Counted from the stretch's first letter, positions 24,024 through 33,745 are shown. The stretch is 64,000 nt of DNA from Methanomassiliicoccales archaeon (GCA_035404085.1 DAONGL010000001.1:135878-199877), one strand, 5' to 3'. Numbers and translations: made by a program. Notes: generated by a model from the letters alone, not told the origin.

Positions 24024-25610
24024 TCACTCCCCGCCGAAGAATCCCCTCATCACAGGGTGCATCTCCATCATCTGCTCGCGTCCCATCGCTTCGTAGAACT
24101 GGATCATGATGCCCACGGACAGCAGCACACCGGTCCCGCTGGCGTTACCAACGGTACCTATGAGGTCCGCTCCCGCGGCCAGTCCGCCCACCAGCGCACC
24201 GGATATGACGGTCACGATGGGGATGTACCTCTCCAGGACGCGCTTGAGCACCCGGGGGTCGCGACGGAAACCAGGGATCTGAAGTCCGGAGGACTCGATC
24301 TGCCTGGCCACCGCTTCCGGTCCCATGTTGGTGGTCATTATCCAGAACTTGGCGAACAGGACAGAACCGCCGACCATAATGCCCACGTAGACCAATACGT
24401 GCGCAATGACCTGCCAGGTGCTATGCCCGTAAACCATGTTGCCGTACGATCCGGGGTTCAGGATCGGTAAGAGCCAATCCCCCACTCCGTTAGGGGTGGA
24501 TAGGTACCAGGCCAGACCTGACGTGGGGTGCGTCGCCCCAGCTGGATAGACGCCCAATAACGGGTTGCCGCCCAGCAATGGTATCCCGTTCAGCGCGTCG
24601 TTCGTATAGAACAACATGGTGAACATGCTTATGTTGGCCAGCAGCGCGGCCATCAGGATGACCGGGATGTTGGAGGCGTAGACCAGTTTGATCGGATATC
24701 TTCCGCGTGCTCCCCTCGCTGTTCCATGCGCCAACGGGAGCTCTATGCGTGACGATTCGACGTAGGCCACGAACAGGAATATGATTATGGTACCGACCAG
24801 CGCAATGAGCGGATTGGGATTGGCTATCAACATCTGTTCGTACCCTCCGCCCACCAGTTCCGACGCCGATTGATGCGTCAGGATGTAGATGGTCTTCGGT
24901 ATGCTGCCTATCGGCAGGTTGCTGTTGCTCAGTGGCTGATCCGTTTGCAATCCTTCGGTGTTCAAAGTTCCAGTGAACAGCGCTTCCGCCACTCCGGCGG
25001 CGATGAACAATGAGATACCGCTACCAATGCCCCATTTGGACACCACTTCGTCCATCAGGAACACCAGGTACGAGCCGACGCAAAGTTGAATGATGATGAT
25101 CAACCTGGCGATGTTCTCTCCCCGCAGGATCCCGGAGTCGCCGAACGTTCCTTCCATGCCGCCGACGAAGGCGCTGGAAGGAACGAGGTAACCGAAAACC
25201 TGGGGAATTGACTCCACCAGTATCATCACAAGAACCAGGAACTTCTGGCTGCTTTGATAGACCGCCTTGTCTTCCTTGTTCGTAAGGTCCAATTTGATGA
25301 TCTTGGCCCCCACGAACAACTGCATGATGATGGAGGCGGTGACTATCGGGCCGATGCCCAGATGCATGAGCGAACCCTGAGCACCGGCCAGAATGGCCCG
25401 GTACTGGGCGAAGAGGTCTATGGTCTTATCTCCGTCCAGACCGTACAGGAAGATGTTGGTCATGATAAAGTAAAAAACCAGTATCACTACGACCCACAGC
25501 ATCTTGGTCCGGAAATGGACGTGCCCCTCGGGTTTGGAGACCGCCGGGAGGCGGTCTGTAATAGGTTTCAGCTTGTACAGCTTGCTCTTCTGGTCATCGG
25601 CCATTGGCAT
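24024..25610 (-). CDS. secY: Protein translocase subunit SecY
   Basis: Polytopic, with 'LMHLGIGPIVTASIIMQLF', immediately downstream of L15. Start could be 25610 or 25604 (MPMADDQ); the track ORF extends to 25658. Confidence 0.95.
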   Translation of the reverse strand: MPMADDQKSKLYKLKPITDRLPAVSKPEGHVHFRTKMLWVVVILVFYFIMTNIFLYGLDGDKTIDLFAQYRAILAGAQGSLMHLGIGPIVTASIIMQLFVGAKIIKLDLTNKEDKAVYQSSQKFLVLVMILVESIPQVFGYLVPSSAFVGGMEGTFGDSGILRGENIARLIIIIQLCVGSYLVFLMDEVVSKWGIGSGISLFIAAGVAEALFTGTLNTEGLQTDQPLSNSNLPIGSIPKTIYILTHQSASELVGGGYEQMLIANPNPLIALVGTIIIFLFVAYVESSRIELPLAHGTARGARGRYPIKLVYASNIPVILMAALLANISMFTMLFYTNDALNGIPLLGGNPLLGVYPAGATHPTSGLAWYLSTPNGVGDWLLPILNPGSYGNMVYGHSTWQVIAHVLVYVGIMVGGSVLFAKFWIMTTNMGPEAVARQIESSGLQIPGFRRDPRVLKRVLERYIPIVTVISGALVGGLAAGADLIGTVGNASGTGVLLSVGIMIQFYEAMGREQMMEMHPVMRGFFGGE

Positions 25611-25620
25611 CACGTAGTAC

Positions 25621-26049
25621 TTACTCTGGCACCACGATATGCCCACCTGATTCTTCAACCTTAGCCTTGGCCAAGACGGTCGTCTCGGCGACTAAGACCT
25701 TGAAAGGTGTGCTCACTTGGCCGTTCCCCAGTAGCTTGTCGATGCCCAGGGCGGTGAGGTCGAGGGTCATCACACCATCTTTCTCCACCGCGGTCCCTTG
25801 AGCCTTCATGACATCCAGTATCTGCTCCAGATCTCCCACGTTCATGGTGATCTTGGCGGATACCATCTTCTGAGGCCGCTTGAACCCGTGCCGGCCAAAG
25901 TGGTCGGGCATGTATTTCAGCATGTACTGGACCTTGTGCTTGTGCAAGCCGGCGTTGCCCTTGCCGCCGCGCTTTCCGGCCCCACGTCCGGCCTTCTTGC
26001 CGCGGCCGTGGGTCCTGGAGCCTCTGAACTTGTCGGTTCTGCTAACCAT
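25621..26049 (-). CDS. rpl15: 50S ribosomal protein uL15
   Basis: 'FRGSRTHGRGKKAGRGAGKRGGKGNAG', in the conserved operon position. Confidence 0.93.
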   Translation of the reverse strand: MVSRTDKFRGSRTHGRGKKAGRGAGKRGGKGNAGLHKHKVQYMLKYMPDHFGRHGFKRPQKMVSAKITMNVGDLEQILDVMKAQGTAVEKDGVMTLDLTALGIDKLLGNGQVSTPFKVLVAETTVLAKAKVEESGGHIVVPE

Positions 26050-26060
26050 TCATATCACCT

Positions 26061-26525
26061 TCAGATCATCCTGGAGATGAGATCGTTTATCTCCTCTCCC
26101 CGATAGCCCAGGGCGCCCCCGGCCCCGAAACCGCGCTTTACGCCCTCGTACCCCTTCTTGGGGGGGCTCAGGCGGAAGATCGGCTTCACGTCCTTCATGT
26201 CCGAGTACTTGGTCTCGCCATTGGATATTCCCTTGGCGAGGGCCATGATCGAACCGAAGGGGGTGCTGTCCTTGACCACTTCATCATCGATGGGCTTGTC
26301 GCCCATCAACCGGCCGCGGAACTTGATCATGCGGGCCAGGGTCTCATCCGAAACCTCGCCCCAGGTGATATAGTCCTTGGCCTTCATCAGCATGCCCTTT
26401 ATCTCATCCGTCTCCGCGAGGATCACGCAGTGGTTCGCCCTGGTGAGGCGAAGCATGCGCATGGTATCCTCAACGTCATGGCGGACACCGGAGTGGCCGC
26501 GTACACGTATAGCTGCGTATGCCAT
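26061..26525 (-). CDS. rpl30: 50S ribosomal protein uL30
   Basis: Starts 'MAYAAIRVRGHSGVRHDVEDTMRMLRL'. The track ORF extension to 26876 overlaps the S5 gene. Confidence 0.92.
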   Translation of the reverse strand: MAYAAIRVRGHSGVRHDVEDTMRMLRLTRANHCVILAETDEIKGMLMKAKDYITWGEVSDETLARMIKFRGRLMGDKPIDDEVVKDSTPFGSIMALAKGISNGETKYSDMKDVKPIFRLSPPKKGYEGVKRGFGAGGALGYRGEEINDLISRMI

Positions 26526-26527
26526 TT

Positions 26528-27205
26528 TCACTCCTCCTGTCCGGGAGCGGATTGCTCTTCCACATGCAGCTGCACCGGCCCGCTCACTATGTGCTGCCTC
26601 TTCTCCTGCTCCTCGGAAACGCGCATCTCGATGCTGTTCCTCAGGGCGTAGTAAGTTGCGTACGCATAGTTGACGGTGGTCTTGGTGTTCCCCCGGGCGA
26701 ATCCCCAGGAGTCCTTGACCCCCGCGAGCGTCAGTATGCTCTTGGCCACATCGCCCACCGCCAGGGATATACCCCTGGGGGCGGGTTTCAGGTAGACCTC
26801 CACCGAGCCGGACTTGCCGACCACGGTGAACGGCAGCGAGTGCGGCGTACCGCATCCGCATTCCCAAGAGCCGCATCCGCGCTTGATCTCGATGATGTTC
26901 AACTTGGCGTTGTCGATGGCCTTGCGGATGGAGGGACCAACCTCCTTCCCCTTGGCCCGGCCGATGCCGATGAACCCGTCCCCATTGCCGACCACGCAGG
27001 TGATCCGGAACTTGACCCTCCTGCCGGAGTCGGTCATCCTCTGGACCATGCTCACGTCGATGACCTCGTCCTTCAGGTCGGGGAGCAGTATGTCCACGAT
27101 CTCCGCCTCGCGCAGGGGGAGCTTGGTGGCCAGGGCCTGGCTCATGGTGGTTATCTCACCGTTGAGCACCATCTTTCCCAGTCTGGTCTTCGGTACCCAA
27201 TCCAT
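26528..27205 (-). CDS. rps5: 30S ribosomal protein uS5
   Basis: 'WVPKTRLGKMV...RMTDSGRRVKFRITCVVGNGDGFIGIGRAK'. Confidence 0.95.
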   Translation of the reverse strand: MDWVPKTRLGKMVLNGEITTMSQALATKLPLREAEIVDILLPDLKDEVIDVSMVQRMTDSGRRVKFRITCVVGNGDGFIGIGRAKGKEVGPSIRKAIDNAKLNIIEIKRGCGSWECGCGTPHSLPFTVVGKSGSVEVYLKPAPRGISLAVGDVAKSILTLAGVKDSWGFARGNTKTTVNYAYATYYALRNSIEMRVSEEQEKRQHIVSGPVQLHVEEQSAPGQEE

Positions 27206-27206
27206 C

Positions 27207-27707
27207 TCAGTTCGCCTCCATGCGGGTCTTGATGTCCTTGATCATTTTTTCCACGTCGTCGCCGATGTTCTTTCCGGCAAGGCGCTCCTTGCTGGGCAGA
27301 ACCTCTTTGCCGTGGGGTATCTTCATTCCGGCGTCCACCATGCCCTTCAGGGCGGCGAACACCGTGGCACCCTTGGCGGGCACCTTGAGTCCGATGTCTA
27401 GCACGGCCTCGCTTATTCCCTTGGCCATGGCCTTCTTCCCGGCCAGGTACCCGGTCAGGTACGCGGCGGGAACGTTCCCGGTGGCCTTGTTCCATCCCAT
27501 CTCCAGCAGCTCGCGGGAGTGGGCGGTCGCCAGGACCTGGTCCCCCTGGGGATCGAAGTCCACGATCTGTATGCTGACATGGCGTAGGGAGACGCGTACG
27601 ACGGCACGCGGAACCCTGGCCCTCAGCAGCCTCTGCCTCTGTCTGTAGTCAGTGCGTCCCTCGCGCCGGCGGCGGAAGGCCACTCTATATCTCGGTCCTT
27701 GCGCCAT
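27207..27707 (-). CDS. rpl18: 50S ribosomal protein uL18
   Basis: 'GPRYRVAFRRRREGRTDYRQRQRLL'. Confidence 0.95.
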   Translation of the reverse strand: MAQGPRYRVAFRRRREGRTDYRQRQRLLRARVPRAVVRVSLRHVSIQIVDFDPQGDQVLATAHSRELLEMGWNKATGNVPAAYLTGYLAGKKAMAKGISEAVLDIGLKVPAKGATVFAALKGMVDAGMKIPHGKEVLPSKERLAGKNIGDDVEKMIKDIKTRMEAN

Positions 27708-28162
27708 CAGTTATCCCCCTTGAGGTAGCCTTCGGTCTTCAGGTGCATGAGCAGGTTGTTCCTGCTCCTGAACATGCCGCCCTTGGCCTTCATGTAGAAT
27801 TCGCGGTAAACGCTCCTGGTGATCGTGCCCTCGTCACGCAACTGTCGCAGCGTGGCGCGCAGGGGCCTGATCGTCTGGATCCAGGCCTCCTTCTTCGGCC
27901 TTCTGGCCCTGGAGGTACCTTTCCTGCTGCCCTGTCCACGCCGGCGTCCCTTGGCCTTCTGGGCCAGCCGGTGGCGGGCCCGTCCTCGGGAGATGCCCTG
28001 TTTGGGCAAGGCGCGGATGGTCCCGGACAGGATGGCTGTCCTTATGTCCGCCCGGGTTATGGCGTCTGCGACATCCTCTATGCGGTTAGGGTCTATCCAG
28101 ACCCGGTTCTCACCGCATTTCAAGACTTCGGCCGCCATGCGCTTCTGGTTCTTGAGATCCAT
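27707..28162 (-). CDS. rpl19e: 50S ribosomal protein eL19
   Basis: 'MDLKNQKRMAAEVLKCGENRVWIDP'. A GTG at 28171 overlapping the L32e stop is an alternative start. Confidence 0.93.
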   Translation of the reverse strand: MDLKNQKRMAAEVLKCGENRVWIDPNRIEDVADAITRADIRTAILSGTIRALPKQGISRGRARHRLAQKAKGRRRGQGSRKGTSRARRPKKEAWIQTIRPLRATLRQLRDEGTITRSVYREFYMKAKGGMFRSRNNLLMHLKTEGYLKGDN

Positions 28163-28167
28163 CTGTT

Positions 28168-28818
28168 TCACGTCCTGTTCAATACGCGGATGCTTAGCTC
28201 ATCCGCCTTCTCGATTATTGCCATTCTCTTCTTCCCGCCTACGGTGCCGCCTATGCGTATCGCTTGCACCTTGGGGTCTACGGCCTCCACTTGGCCAGGG
28301 TTGTACACCATGACCTCCTGGAATCCGGAGGGGTGGTAGTCGCGCACCATCTTCGGGCCGCGGAAACCGATCGAGACGACCGGCGGGCGGTAAGACAGGT
28401 GTCTTCGCATCTTGGAGTGGATGCCCCTGGGCTTCCTCCACATCTCCCCGAGCCTCTGGTACCGGAACCACTCCTGCCTCTTGAATGCGGGGCGGGCGTC
28501 GTTCTTGGCGCTCCTGAACTCCAGGGCGGCCTTGATCTCGTCGTTGAGGACCGGTTTGACCTTGACTACGGTCTTCTCCTCCTCATCTACGATCTCCGTT
28601 TCGGCCTCGGTTTCGCTGAGAAGCTCCAGCCAGTGGTCGGCGATCTTGTTGCCGACACCGTCCAGATCGTCCACGATGACCTTCTTACGGTCCTTGTCCT
28701 TCAGCGCCTCCAGGAGCTCGTCCAGCTCCTTTATGCCCAGATCGGCCAGCTGAGCGGTGTATTCCTCCCGGTAGTAGGGGAGGTCCTGTATCTTGTTGAT
28801 CTCCTTCTTGGCCGCCAT
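28168..28818 (-). CDS. rpl32e: 50S ribosomal protein eL32 with ~95-aa N-terminal extension
   Basis: The C-terminal part, 'RPAFKRQEWFRYQRLGEMWRKPRGIHSKMRR', is L32e. The N-terminal acidic extension includes 'LADLGIKELDELLE...LDGVGNKIADHW'. Confidence 0.9.
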   Translation of the reverse strand: MAAKKEINKIQDLPYYREEYTAQLADLGIKELDELLEALKDKDRKKVIVDDLDGVGNKIADHWLELLSETEAETEIVDEEEKTVVKVKPVLNDEIKAALEFRSAKNDARPAFKRQEWFRYQRLGEMWRKPRGIHSKMRRHLSYRPPVVSIGFRGPKMVRDYHPSGFQEVMVYNPGQVEAVDPKVQAIRIGGTVGGKKRMAIIEKADELSIRVLNRT

Positions 28819-29366
28819 TACTTCGGCCTCCTTGCCTTCTCTACAATGTAGATACCATCCTGGAAGACCCGGGGATCGAATCCTCTGATCTTGGTGGCGC
28901 GTTCGATGTTGGCGGCGGTCTGCGAGACCTTCTCCAGGTCGGAGCCGGTGACGAAGACCTCGGCGCCCTTGATGCTGACCTTCGCTCCGGCCAGTATAGG
29001 CGCGGAGCGCGGAGCCTTCTCTCCCAGGAAGTTCTCGATGATGAACCGGTCGCCCTTCACCGCGATCTTCATGGGGAAGTGAGAGTAGACCATCTTCATG
29101 GCGTACTCGAACCCGTGGTTAGCACCCTCTACCATGTTCTTCAGGTGAGAGGCGTAGGTCCCGACCAAGGCCTTCTCCTTGGTGCGGGGATACTCGCACT
29201 CCACGTGGAAATGGTCTCCCTTGAAGGTGACGGTCACCTTAGGGTGGCTGAAGTCCCTGGTTACTGTGCCCTTCGGTCCCTTTACGGTGACCTCGGCCCC
29301 CTTCATGGTGACCTTTACTTCCTTAGGCACGTGCACCTTGTCGTCCAAATGTCCGGTTACAGTCAT
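28818..29366 (-). CDS. rpl6: 50S ribosomal protein uL6
   Basis: 'VKVTMKGAEVTVKGPKGTVTRDF', in the conserved operon position. Confidence 0.95.
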   Translation of the reverse strand: MTVTGHLDDKVHVPKEVKVTMKGAEVTVKGPKGTVTRDFSHPKVTVTFKGDHFHVECEYPRTKEKALVGTYASHLKNMVEGANHGFEYAMKMVYSHFPMKIAVKGDRFIIENFLGEKAPRSAPILAGAKVSIKGAEVFVTGSDLEKVSQTAANIERATKIRGFDPRVFQDGIYIVEKARRPK

Positions 29367-29375
29367 TTAAATCCC

Positions 29376-29774
29376 TCAGTACACGAACGCGAGCAGCTTC
29401 CCGCCCACGCCCTTCTCCTTGGCTTCCATGTGGGTTATCACGCCGTCGGTGGTGGTCAGTATCAACACGCCGAAGTCCTGGGCCGGTAGGTACCGGGCCT
29501 CGAACTGCTCCATGTTTACCTTCTTAACCGAGTAGCGCGGCTTGATCACGCCGCAGTTGTTGATCCTGCCTTCCAGCATGACCTTGAACACTCCGGCCTT
29601 TCCGTCCTCTATGAACTCGAACTGGTTGATGTAGCCGTTGTCCTGCATCACCTTGAGGACCCGGCCGATCAGTTTCGAGGAGGGCCTTATCACGCACTCG
29701 CTCTTGCCCACGGCCGCGGCGTTCTTGATGGTGGACATCGCATCATTCAATGGATCGCTCTGCATTTTTTTCAC
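29376..29774 (-). CDS. rps8: 30S ribosomal protein uS8
   Basis: '[18 protein letters not shown]' and C-terminal 'GGKLLAFVY'. GTG start; an ATG alternative is at 29765. Confidence 0.93.
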   Translation of the reverse strand: MKKMQSDPLNDAMSTIKNAAAVGKSECVIRPSSKLIGRVLKVMQDNGYINQFEFIEDGKAGVFKVMLEGRINNCGVIKPRYSVKKVNMEQFEARYLPAQDFGVLILTTTDGVITHMEAKEKGVGGKLLAFVY

Positions 29775-29775
29775 C

Positions 29776-29922
29776 TCATGAGTACTTCTTGAACCCTATC
29801 TGCGGTGCGATCTCCCTGAAGCATTGCCGGCAGAGGTGCATACCATACCGGCGGACTATGCCCCGCTTGCGGCCGCACCTGGTGCAGCCTACGCTTCTTC
29901 CGAACTTCTTCTTGGGCTTCAA
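29776..29922 (-). CDS. rps14: 30S ribosomal protein uS14 (zinc type, 48 aa)
   Basis: Hand translation of the minus strand gives '[47 protein letters not shown]'. The only in-frame start is a TTG overlapping the L5 stop. It is below the ORF-track size cutoff. Confidence 0.88.
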   Translation of the reverse strand: MKPKKKFGRSVGCTRCGRKRGIVRRYGMHLCRQCFREIAPQIGFKKYS

Positions 29923-30434
29923 TCGATCACCTCAACGTTGAACTTCTGTTTGATGAACTCCATGGCCTCAGGCCTGGTCATGCGGTGGGTGTGGGGTATG
30001 GAGCGGCGCATCACGCGGCGCCTGGCCACACGCTTCCCGGGCCTCTGGATGGACACGCTGATGTCCATGCCGAAGATCCCGATCTCAGGGTCGTACTTCA
30101 TCCCGGAGAAGTCGGTATAGTCCGGCACTCCGAAGGACAGGTTGCCTTCGCGGTCAAAGGAGTAGGAGGCGATGCGGTTCTCACGGATGGTGAACGCCCT
30201 CTTCAGGAAATCATCGGCCTTCGCTCCCCTAAGGGTGACGACGCATCCGATGGGCTGTCCCTCGCGGATGCCCCAGTCGCGGTTGGTCACCTTGGATACG
30301 GTCTGCTTGGACTTCTGTCCCGTGACCATCTCGATGACCTTCTGTGCCTTGATCAGGCGGTCACCGGACTCGCCAACTCCCATGTTGACGACTACCTTCT
30401 CGATGCGCGGCAGGCGCATGATGTTCTCGCTCAT
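29919..30434 (-). CDS. rpl5: 50S ribosomal protein uL5
   Basis: '[22 protein letters not shown]'. Confidence 0.95.
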   Translation of the reverse strand: MSENIMRLPRIEKVVVNMGVGESGDRLIKAQKVIEMVTGQKSKQTVSKVTNRDWGIREGQPIGCVVTLRGAKADDFLKRAFTIRENRIASYSFDREGNLSFGVPDYTDFSGMKYDPEIGIFGMDISVSIQRPGKRVARRRVMRRSIPHTHRMTRPEAMEFIKQKFNVEVID

Positions 30435-31141
30435 ACCGCTCTCACCTCGGGTAGTACGACCTCAGGGGTCTTGTTGCCGATCACGAACACGTTGTCCTTC
30501 ACGGTCAGCTTGCCGTTCTTGAAGCGGACCAGGTTGGGGGCGGTGGAGCGCTCCTCGATCTGCTCGTCCACCACGTTGATCTGTCCGGCGTTGGCGCCGC
30601 TGACGATCATGGCCACGTTGCCCTGGACCAGCTTGAAGGCCTCTATGACCTTCTGGGTCGGCAGCTCGATCTTCAGTACGTCGCCGGTCTTGTAGATGTC
30701 CGATTCGACCAACATGTTGCGCCCGTCGTGCAGGTTCAACTGTAGGCGGCCGCCGGAAACGTAGGTCTTGTTCTCGATGCGGCACAGCTTCCACTTGGCG
30801 CGGTCCTCGGTTATCTCCACTAGTATGAACTTGCCGCGGTCGTCCAACAGCATGCGGTAGTGCTTGCCGTTGGCGGGGATGCTGACGACGTCCATCAGAC
30901 CCACCGGGAACTTCTCCTCGGTTATGACCTTGCCGTCCACCAGTACCTTCTTCGAGGAAAGTACTTTCTTGGCCTCGGCGGCGGTGTCCACTACCTTCAG
31001 CATGTCCCTCAGGACCACGCTCAAAGGCATGCATCCGTCCAGCGAGTGCGGACCGGGGTTGGGGCTGGTCACCCATACATGGCTCTTCCTGGTCACCGGC
31101 CAGCTCTTCGGTGCATTAAGTCTCTTCAGATCTTGGGTCAC
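30431..31141 (-). CDS. rps4e: 30S ribosomal protein eS4
   Basis: 'LKRLNAPKSWPVTRKSHVWVTSPNPGPH'. Confidence 0.95.
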   Translation of the reverse strand: MTQDLKRLNAPKSWPVTRKSHVWVTSPNPGPHSLDGCMPLSVVLRDMLKVVDTAAEAKKVLSSKKVLVDGKVITEEKFPVGLMDVVSIPANGKHYRMLLDDRGKFILVEITEDRAKWKLCRIENKTYVSGGRLQLNLHDGRNMLVESDIYKTGDVLKIELPTQKVIEAFKLVQGNVAMIVSGANAGQINVVDEQIEERSTAPNLVRFKNGKLTVKDNVFVIGNKTPEVVLPEVRAV

Positions 31142-31509
31142 TGGGAACCCTCCTCATATTGCAGCTTCTGCTTACGGTAGTTGTCCTTCAGGTCCAACTT
31201 GGTAACGACCACGTTGGACGCGTGCACCGGCCGCTCGGTCATGGTGCCGTCGGCCTTGGCTATGGTGACGCCCTCCACGATCAGCTTGCCGTTGTGGGTA
31301 TCGACGCTGGTCACCTTGCCCTCGGAGCCGAGTATGTCCTCGTCCCCGCGGACCACCCTTACAGTGTCTCCCTTGACCACGCGTACGGTGCGGCGGCCCA
31401 GCTTCTTGATCAGCTCTTCGCTGAGGTGGGAGCCGACGCTCTTGTTGCGCACATGGTTGGGGGCGTTAAACAGCGCCTTCCTCTGCTTTCTTGCGTGCTT
31501 GCTCGTCAT
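31138..31509 (-). CDS. rpl24: 50S ribosomal protein uL24
   Basis: 'RKALFNAPNHVRNKSVGSHLS...VVKGDTVRVVRGD' (KOW motif). Confidence 0.95.
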   Translation of the reverse strand: MTSKHARKQRKALFNAPNHVRNKSVGSHLSEELIKKLGRRTVRVVKGDTVRVVRGDEDILGSEGKVTSVDTHNGKLIVEGVTIAKADGTMTERPVHASNVVVTKLDLKDNYRKQKLQYEEGSQ

Positions 31510-31519
31510 TTCCTACACC

Positions 31520-31918
31520 TCACACTATGGTCGATGCGGTGGCGGCTACGCGCGGCCAGCGCTCGGCGGCCTCTCTGGCCACCGGTCCCTTTATGTCGCT
31601 TCCCTTGGTCTCGCCCTCTTCGGTGGTTATGACCGCGGCGTTGTCCTCAAAGTGCACCATGGTGCCGTCCGCGCGGCGGAACGGCCTCCTCTGGCGAACG
31701 ATGATGGCGTAGACGACCTGTCTCCTCATTTCCGGAGTTCCCTTCTTTACGGAGGCGACGACTATATCGCCAACCGCGGCGGCCGGGCAGCGCCCGTGCA
31801 CACCGTGGTAGTTGGGGACGGCGATGACGCTGATGACCTTGGCGCCGGTGTTGTCCACTACGTCCAGGTGCGATCCGGTTATGATGCCCCTGGTCTGGTT
31901 ACCTGCCAATCCCTTCAT
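31520..31918 (-). CDS. rpl14: 50S ribosomal protein uL14
   Basis: '[20 protein letters not shown]'. Confidence 0.95.
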   Translation of the reverse strand: MKGLAGNQTRGIITGSHLDVVDNTGAKVISVIAVPNYHGVHGRCPAAAVGDIVVASVKKGTPEMRRQVVYAIIVRQRRPFRRADGTMVHFEDNAAVITTEEGETKGSDIKGPVAREAAERWPRVAATASTIV

Positions 31919-31922
31919 GTCC

Positions 31923-32249
31923 TCACCTCTTCTCCACGACGACGAAGGACACCGTCTTGCTCAAGGGGCGGCATTCCATGATGCGCACCTTGTCCCCGGC
32001 CGCTATCTCCAGGCAGGGGGGGTTGTGGGCGGTGTAGCGCCTCGTCCTCTTTTCGAATCGTTCGTACTTCTTGTCATATTTCAAGTAGTTCCTCTCGACC
32101 ACGGCGCTTCCGTTCATCTTGACGGATACTATGACGCCGTCAATGATCTGCCCCCGAACTGGGAGCTGCCCGTGGAATGGACAGTGCTTGTCCTCGCAGG
32201 TGGCCGAGGGGGCCTTGACATCAATGCCAATGTCTCTGACTTCGCTCAT
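31923..32249 (-). CDS. rps17: 30S ribosomal protein uS17
   Basis: '[28 protein letters not shown]'. Confidence 0.95.
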   Translation of the reverse strand: MSEVRDIGIDVKAPSATCEDKHCPFHGQLPVRGQIIDGVIVSVKMNGSAVVERNYLKYDKKYERFEKRTRRYTAHNPPCLEIAAGDKVRIMECRPLSKTVSFVVVEKR

Positions 32250-32253
32250 TAGA

Positions 32254-32514
32254 TCACCTAATTCTCTTGATCCTATCCTCTGGTCGATGCTGGATCTCGG
32301 ATCCTAGGACCCTGATCCTCTCGCCCTGGTATGTGAACACGAACTCATGGCCGGACTTGGGTATCCACCTCTCCCTGCCCTGGCAGGATATGGCAAACAT
32401 GTTCTTGGTCTCGTCCACCACCTTCCCGTGCAACAGGTGCCCGGGGCAGCTGGATTCCACCACCTCGATGTCCAGTCCTATGAATTCTTGTCTCATGAAA
32501 TCCCTCTGGTCCAT
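32254..32514 (-). CDS. rnp1: RNase P protein component 1 (Rpp29/Pop4)
   Basis: 'EFIGLDIEVVESSCPGHLLHGKVVDETKNMF', in the conserved slot between L29/SUI1 and S17. Start MDQRDF; the track ORF extension overlaps SUI1. Confidence 0.85.
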   Translation of the reverse strand: MDQRDFMRQEFIGLDIEVVESSCPGHLLHGKVVDETKNMFAISCQGRERWIPKSGHEFVFTYQGERIRVLGSEIQHRPEDRIKRIR

Positions 32515-32519
32515 GGCTC

Positions 32520-32819
32520 CTACCGAACCTCGGTCTTGAAGCCCATCTCTTCCAGGGTCTGAGCCACTTTCTTCTTGTGGTCGCCCTGGAGCTCGATCTT
32601 GCCTTCTTTGGCGGTGCCGCCGGCGGCGCACTTGTTCTTCAACTTGCGCGCCAGATCATCGATGTCTATGTCGGTGGAATCGATCCCATCGACCACGGTG
32701 ACGATCTTTCCGTAGCGCCGGCTGTCGGTGTAGATCCTAACGGACTGCTGTTCTCTGGCGATCTCCTCGCACATGCACAGCTCTTTAGGGAGCCCACATA
32801 CCGAGCAAATGTCGGCCAT
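32520..32819 (-). CDS. Translation initiation factor aIF1 (SUI1)
   Basis: N-terminal zinc knuckle 'CSVCGLPKELCMC', then 'VRIYTDSRRYGKIVTVVDGI' and 'KLKNKCAAGGTAKEGKIELQGDH'. Confidence 0.9.
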   Translation of the reverse strand: MADICSVCGLPKELCMCEEIAREQQSVRIYTDSRRYGKIVTVVDGIDSTDIDIDDLARKLKNKCAAGGTAKEGKIELQGDHKKKVAQTLEEMGFKTEVR

Positions 32820-33019
32820 TATTGTTCTTCCTCCTTCTGGACGGTTAGGATCCTGGCGATGTTGCTCCTTAAAGCCCTGATCTTCCCCGGGTTGTTGGGT
32901 GCCCCGCCCATGGCGGCGGCCCCCTTCTCGTGCATGAGCTCGTCCTGCAGCTCGCGGAGCTTGGCAGCGCGCTCATCCACGCTCATCTCTCGTATTTCAG
33001 AGGTCCTTAGTAATGCCAT
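32819..33019 (-). CDS. rpl29: 50S ribosomal protein uL29
   Basis: 'LRTSEIREMSVDERAAKLRELQDELM'. Confidence 0.93.
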   Translation of the reverse strand: MALLRTSEIREMSVDERAAKLRELQDELMHEKGAAAMGGAPNNPGKIRALRSNIARILTVQKEEEQ

Positions 33020-33745
33020 TTATTCGGTCACCTCCTTCTTGTCGCCCTCGGCCGGTGCTTCGTCCTCGGCCGGGTGCTCAGCGATGACCGACGCCTCCTC
33101 CAGTTTCTTCAGAAGGTCGACGAGGTCGGGGTTGGCCTGCATGGCCATCTCCATGGGCATGACGTCGATCTCGGCCGGGAGGTGTGCTCCGGGCTGCATG
33201 ATCTCGACCTGTACCCCGATTACCCCGGGCTTCAGCTTGGCCACGGCGAAACCGGTACCGATGAACAGGTTCCTGGTCTCACCGCAGTACTTGATCGATC
33301 CCTCTTTGAACTTCTCGGTGCGGTGCCTCTCTCCGGTCAGCTTGCCGGAGATGATTATAAGGCAACCGCGGGCGCCGGACTCCATTATGCGGCGGACGGT
33401 CGAGTGACCGGCCCGCCTGAAGTGCCAGCCGCGCTCCAGGGCGAAGGCCAACTTCTCCGCCATGATCTGGGCGTTTAGGTTGGGGTTCTCCACTTCCTGG
33501 ACCTCGATCTGGGGGTTGTCGTAGTGGAACTTGTCCTCGATGTCCTTGGTCAGGGTCTTGATGGCCGCTCCGCGGCGGCCGATGACTATGCCCGGGCGCT
33601 CGACGACCAGGGACACCCTGGTTCCCATGGGGGTCCTCTGAACTTCCACGCCTCCAAAGCCAGCGCGGTCTACGGTCCTCATCAGATGCTCCTTGAGGAG
33701 CACCCTCCTGATGTTCTCCTGTGTGAACTTCCTCTCGCTGGCCAT
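33020..33745 (-). CDS. rps3: 30S ribosomal protein uS3
   Basis: KH-domain region 'GFGGVEVQRTPMGTRVSLVVERPGIVIGRRG'. Confidence 0.95.
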   Translation of the reverse strand: MASERKFTQENIRRVLLKEHLMRTVDRAGFGGVEVQRTPMGTRVSLVVERPGIVIGRRGAAIKTLTKDIEDKFHYDNPQIEVQEVENPNLNAQIMAEKLAFALERGWHFRRAGHSTVRRIMESGARGCLIIISGKLTGERHRTEKFKEGSIKYCGETRNLFIGTGFAVAKLKPGVIGVQVEIMQPGAHLPAEIDVMPMEMAMQANPDLVDLLKKLEEASVIAEHPAEDEAPAEGDKKEVTE

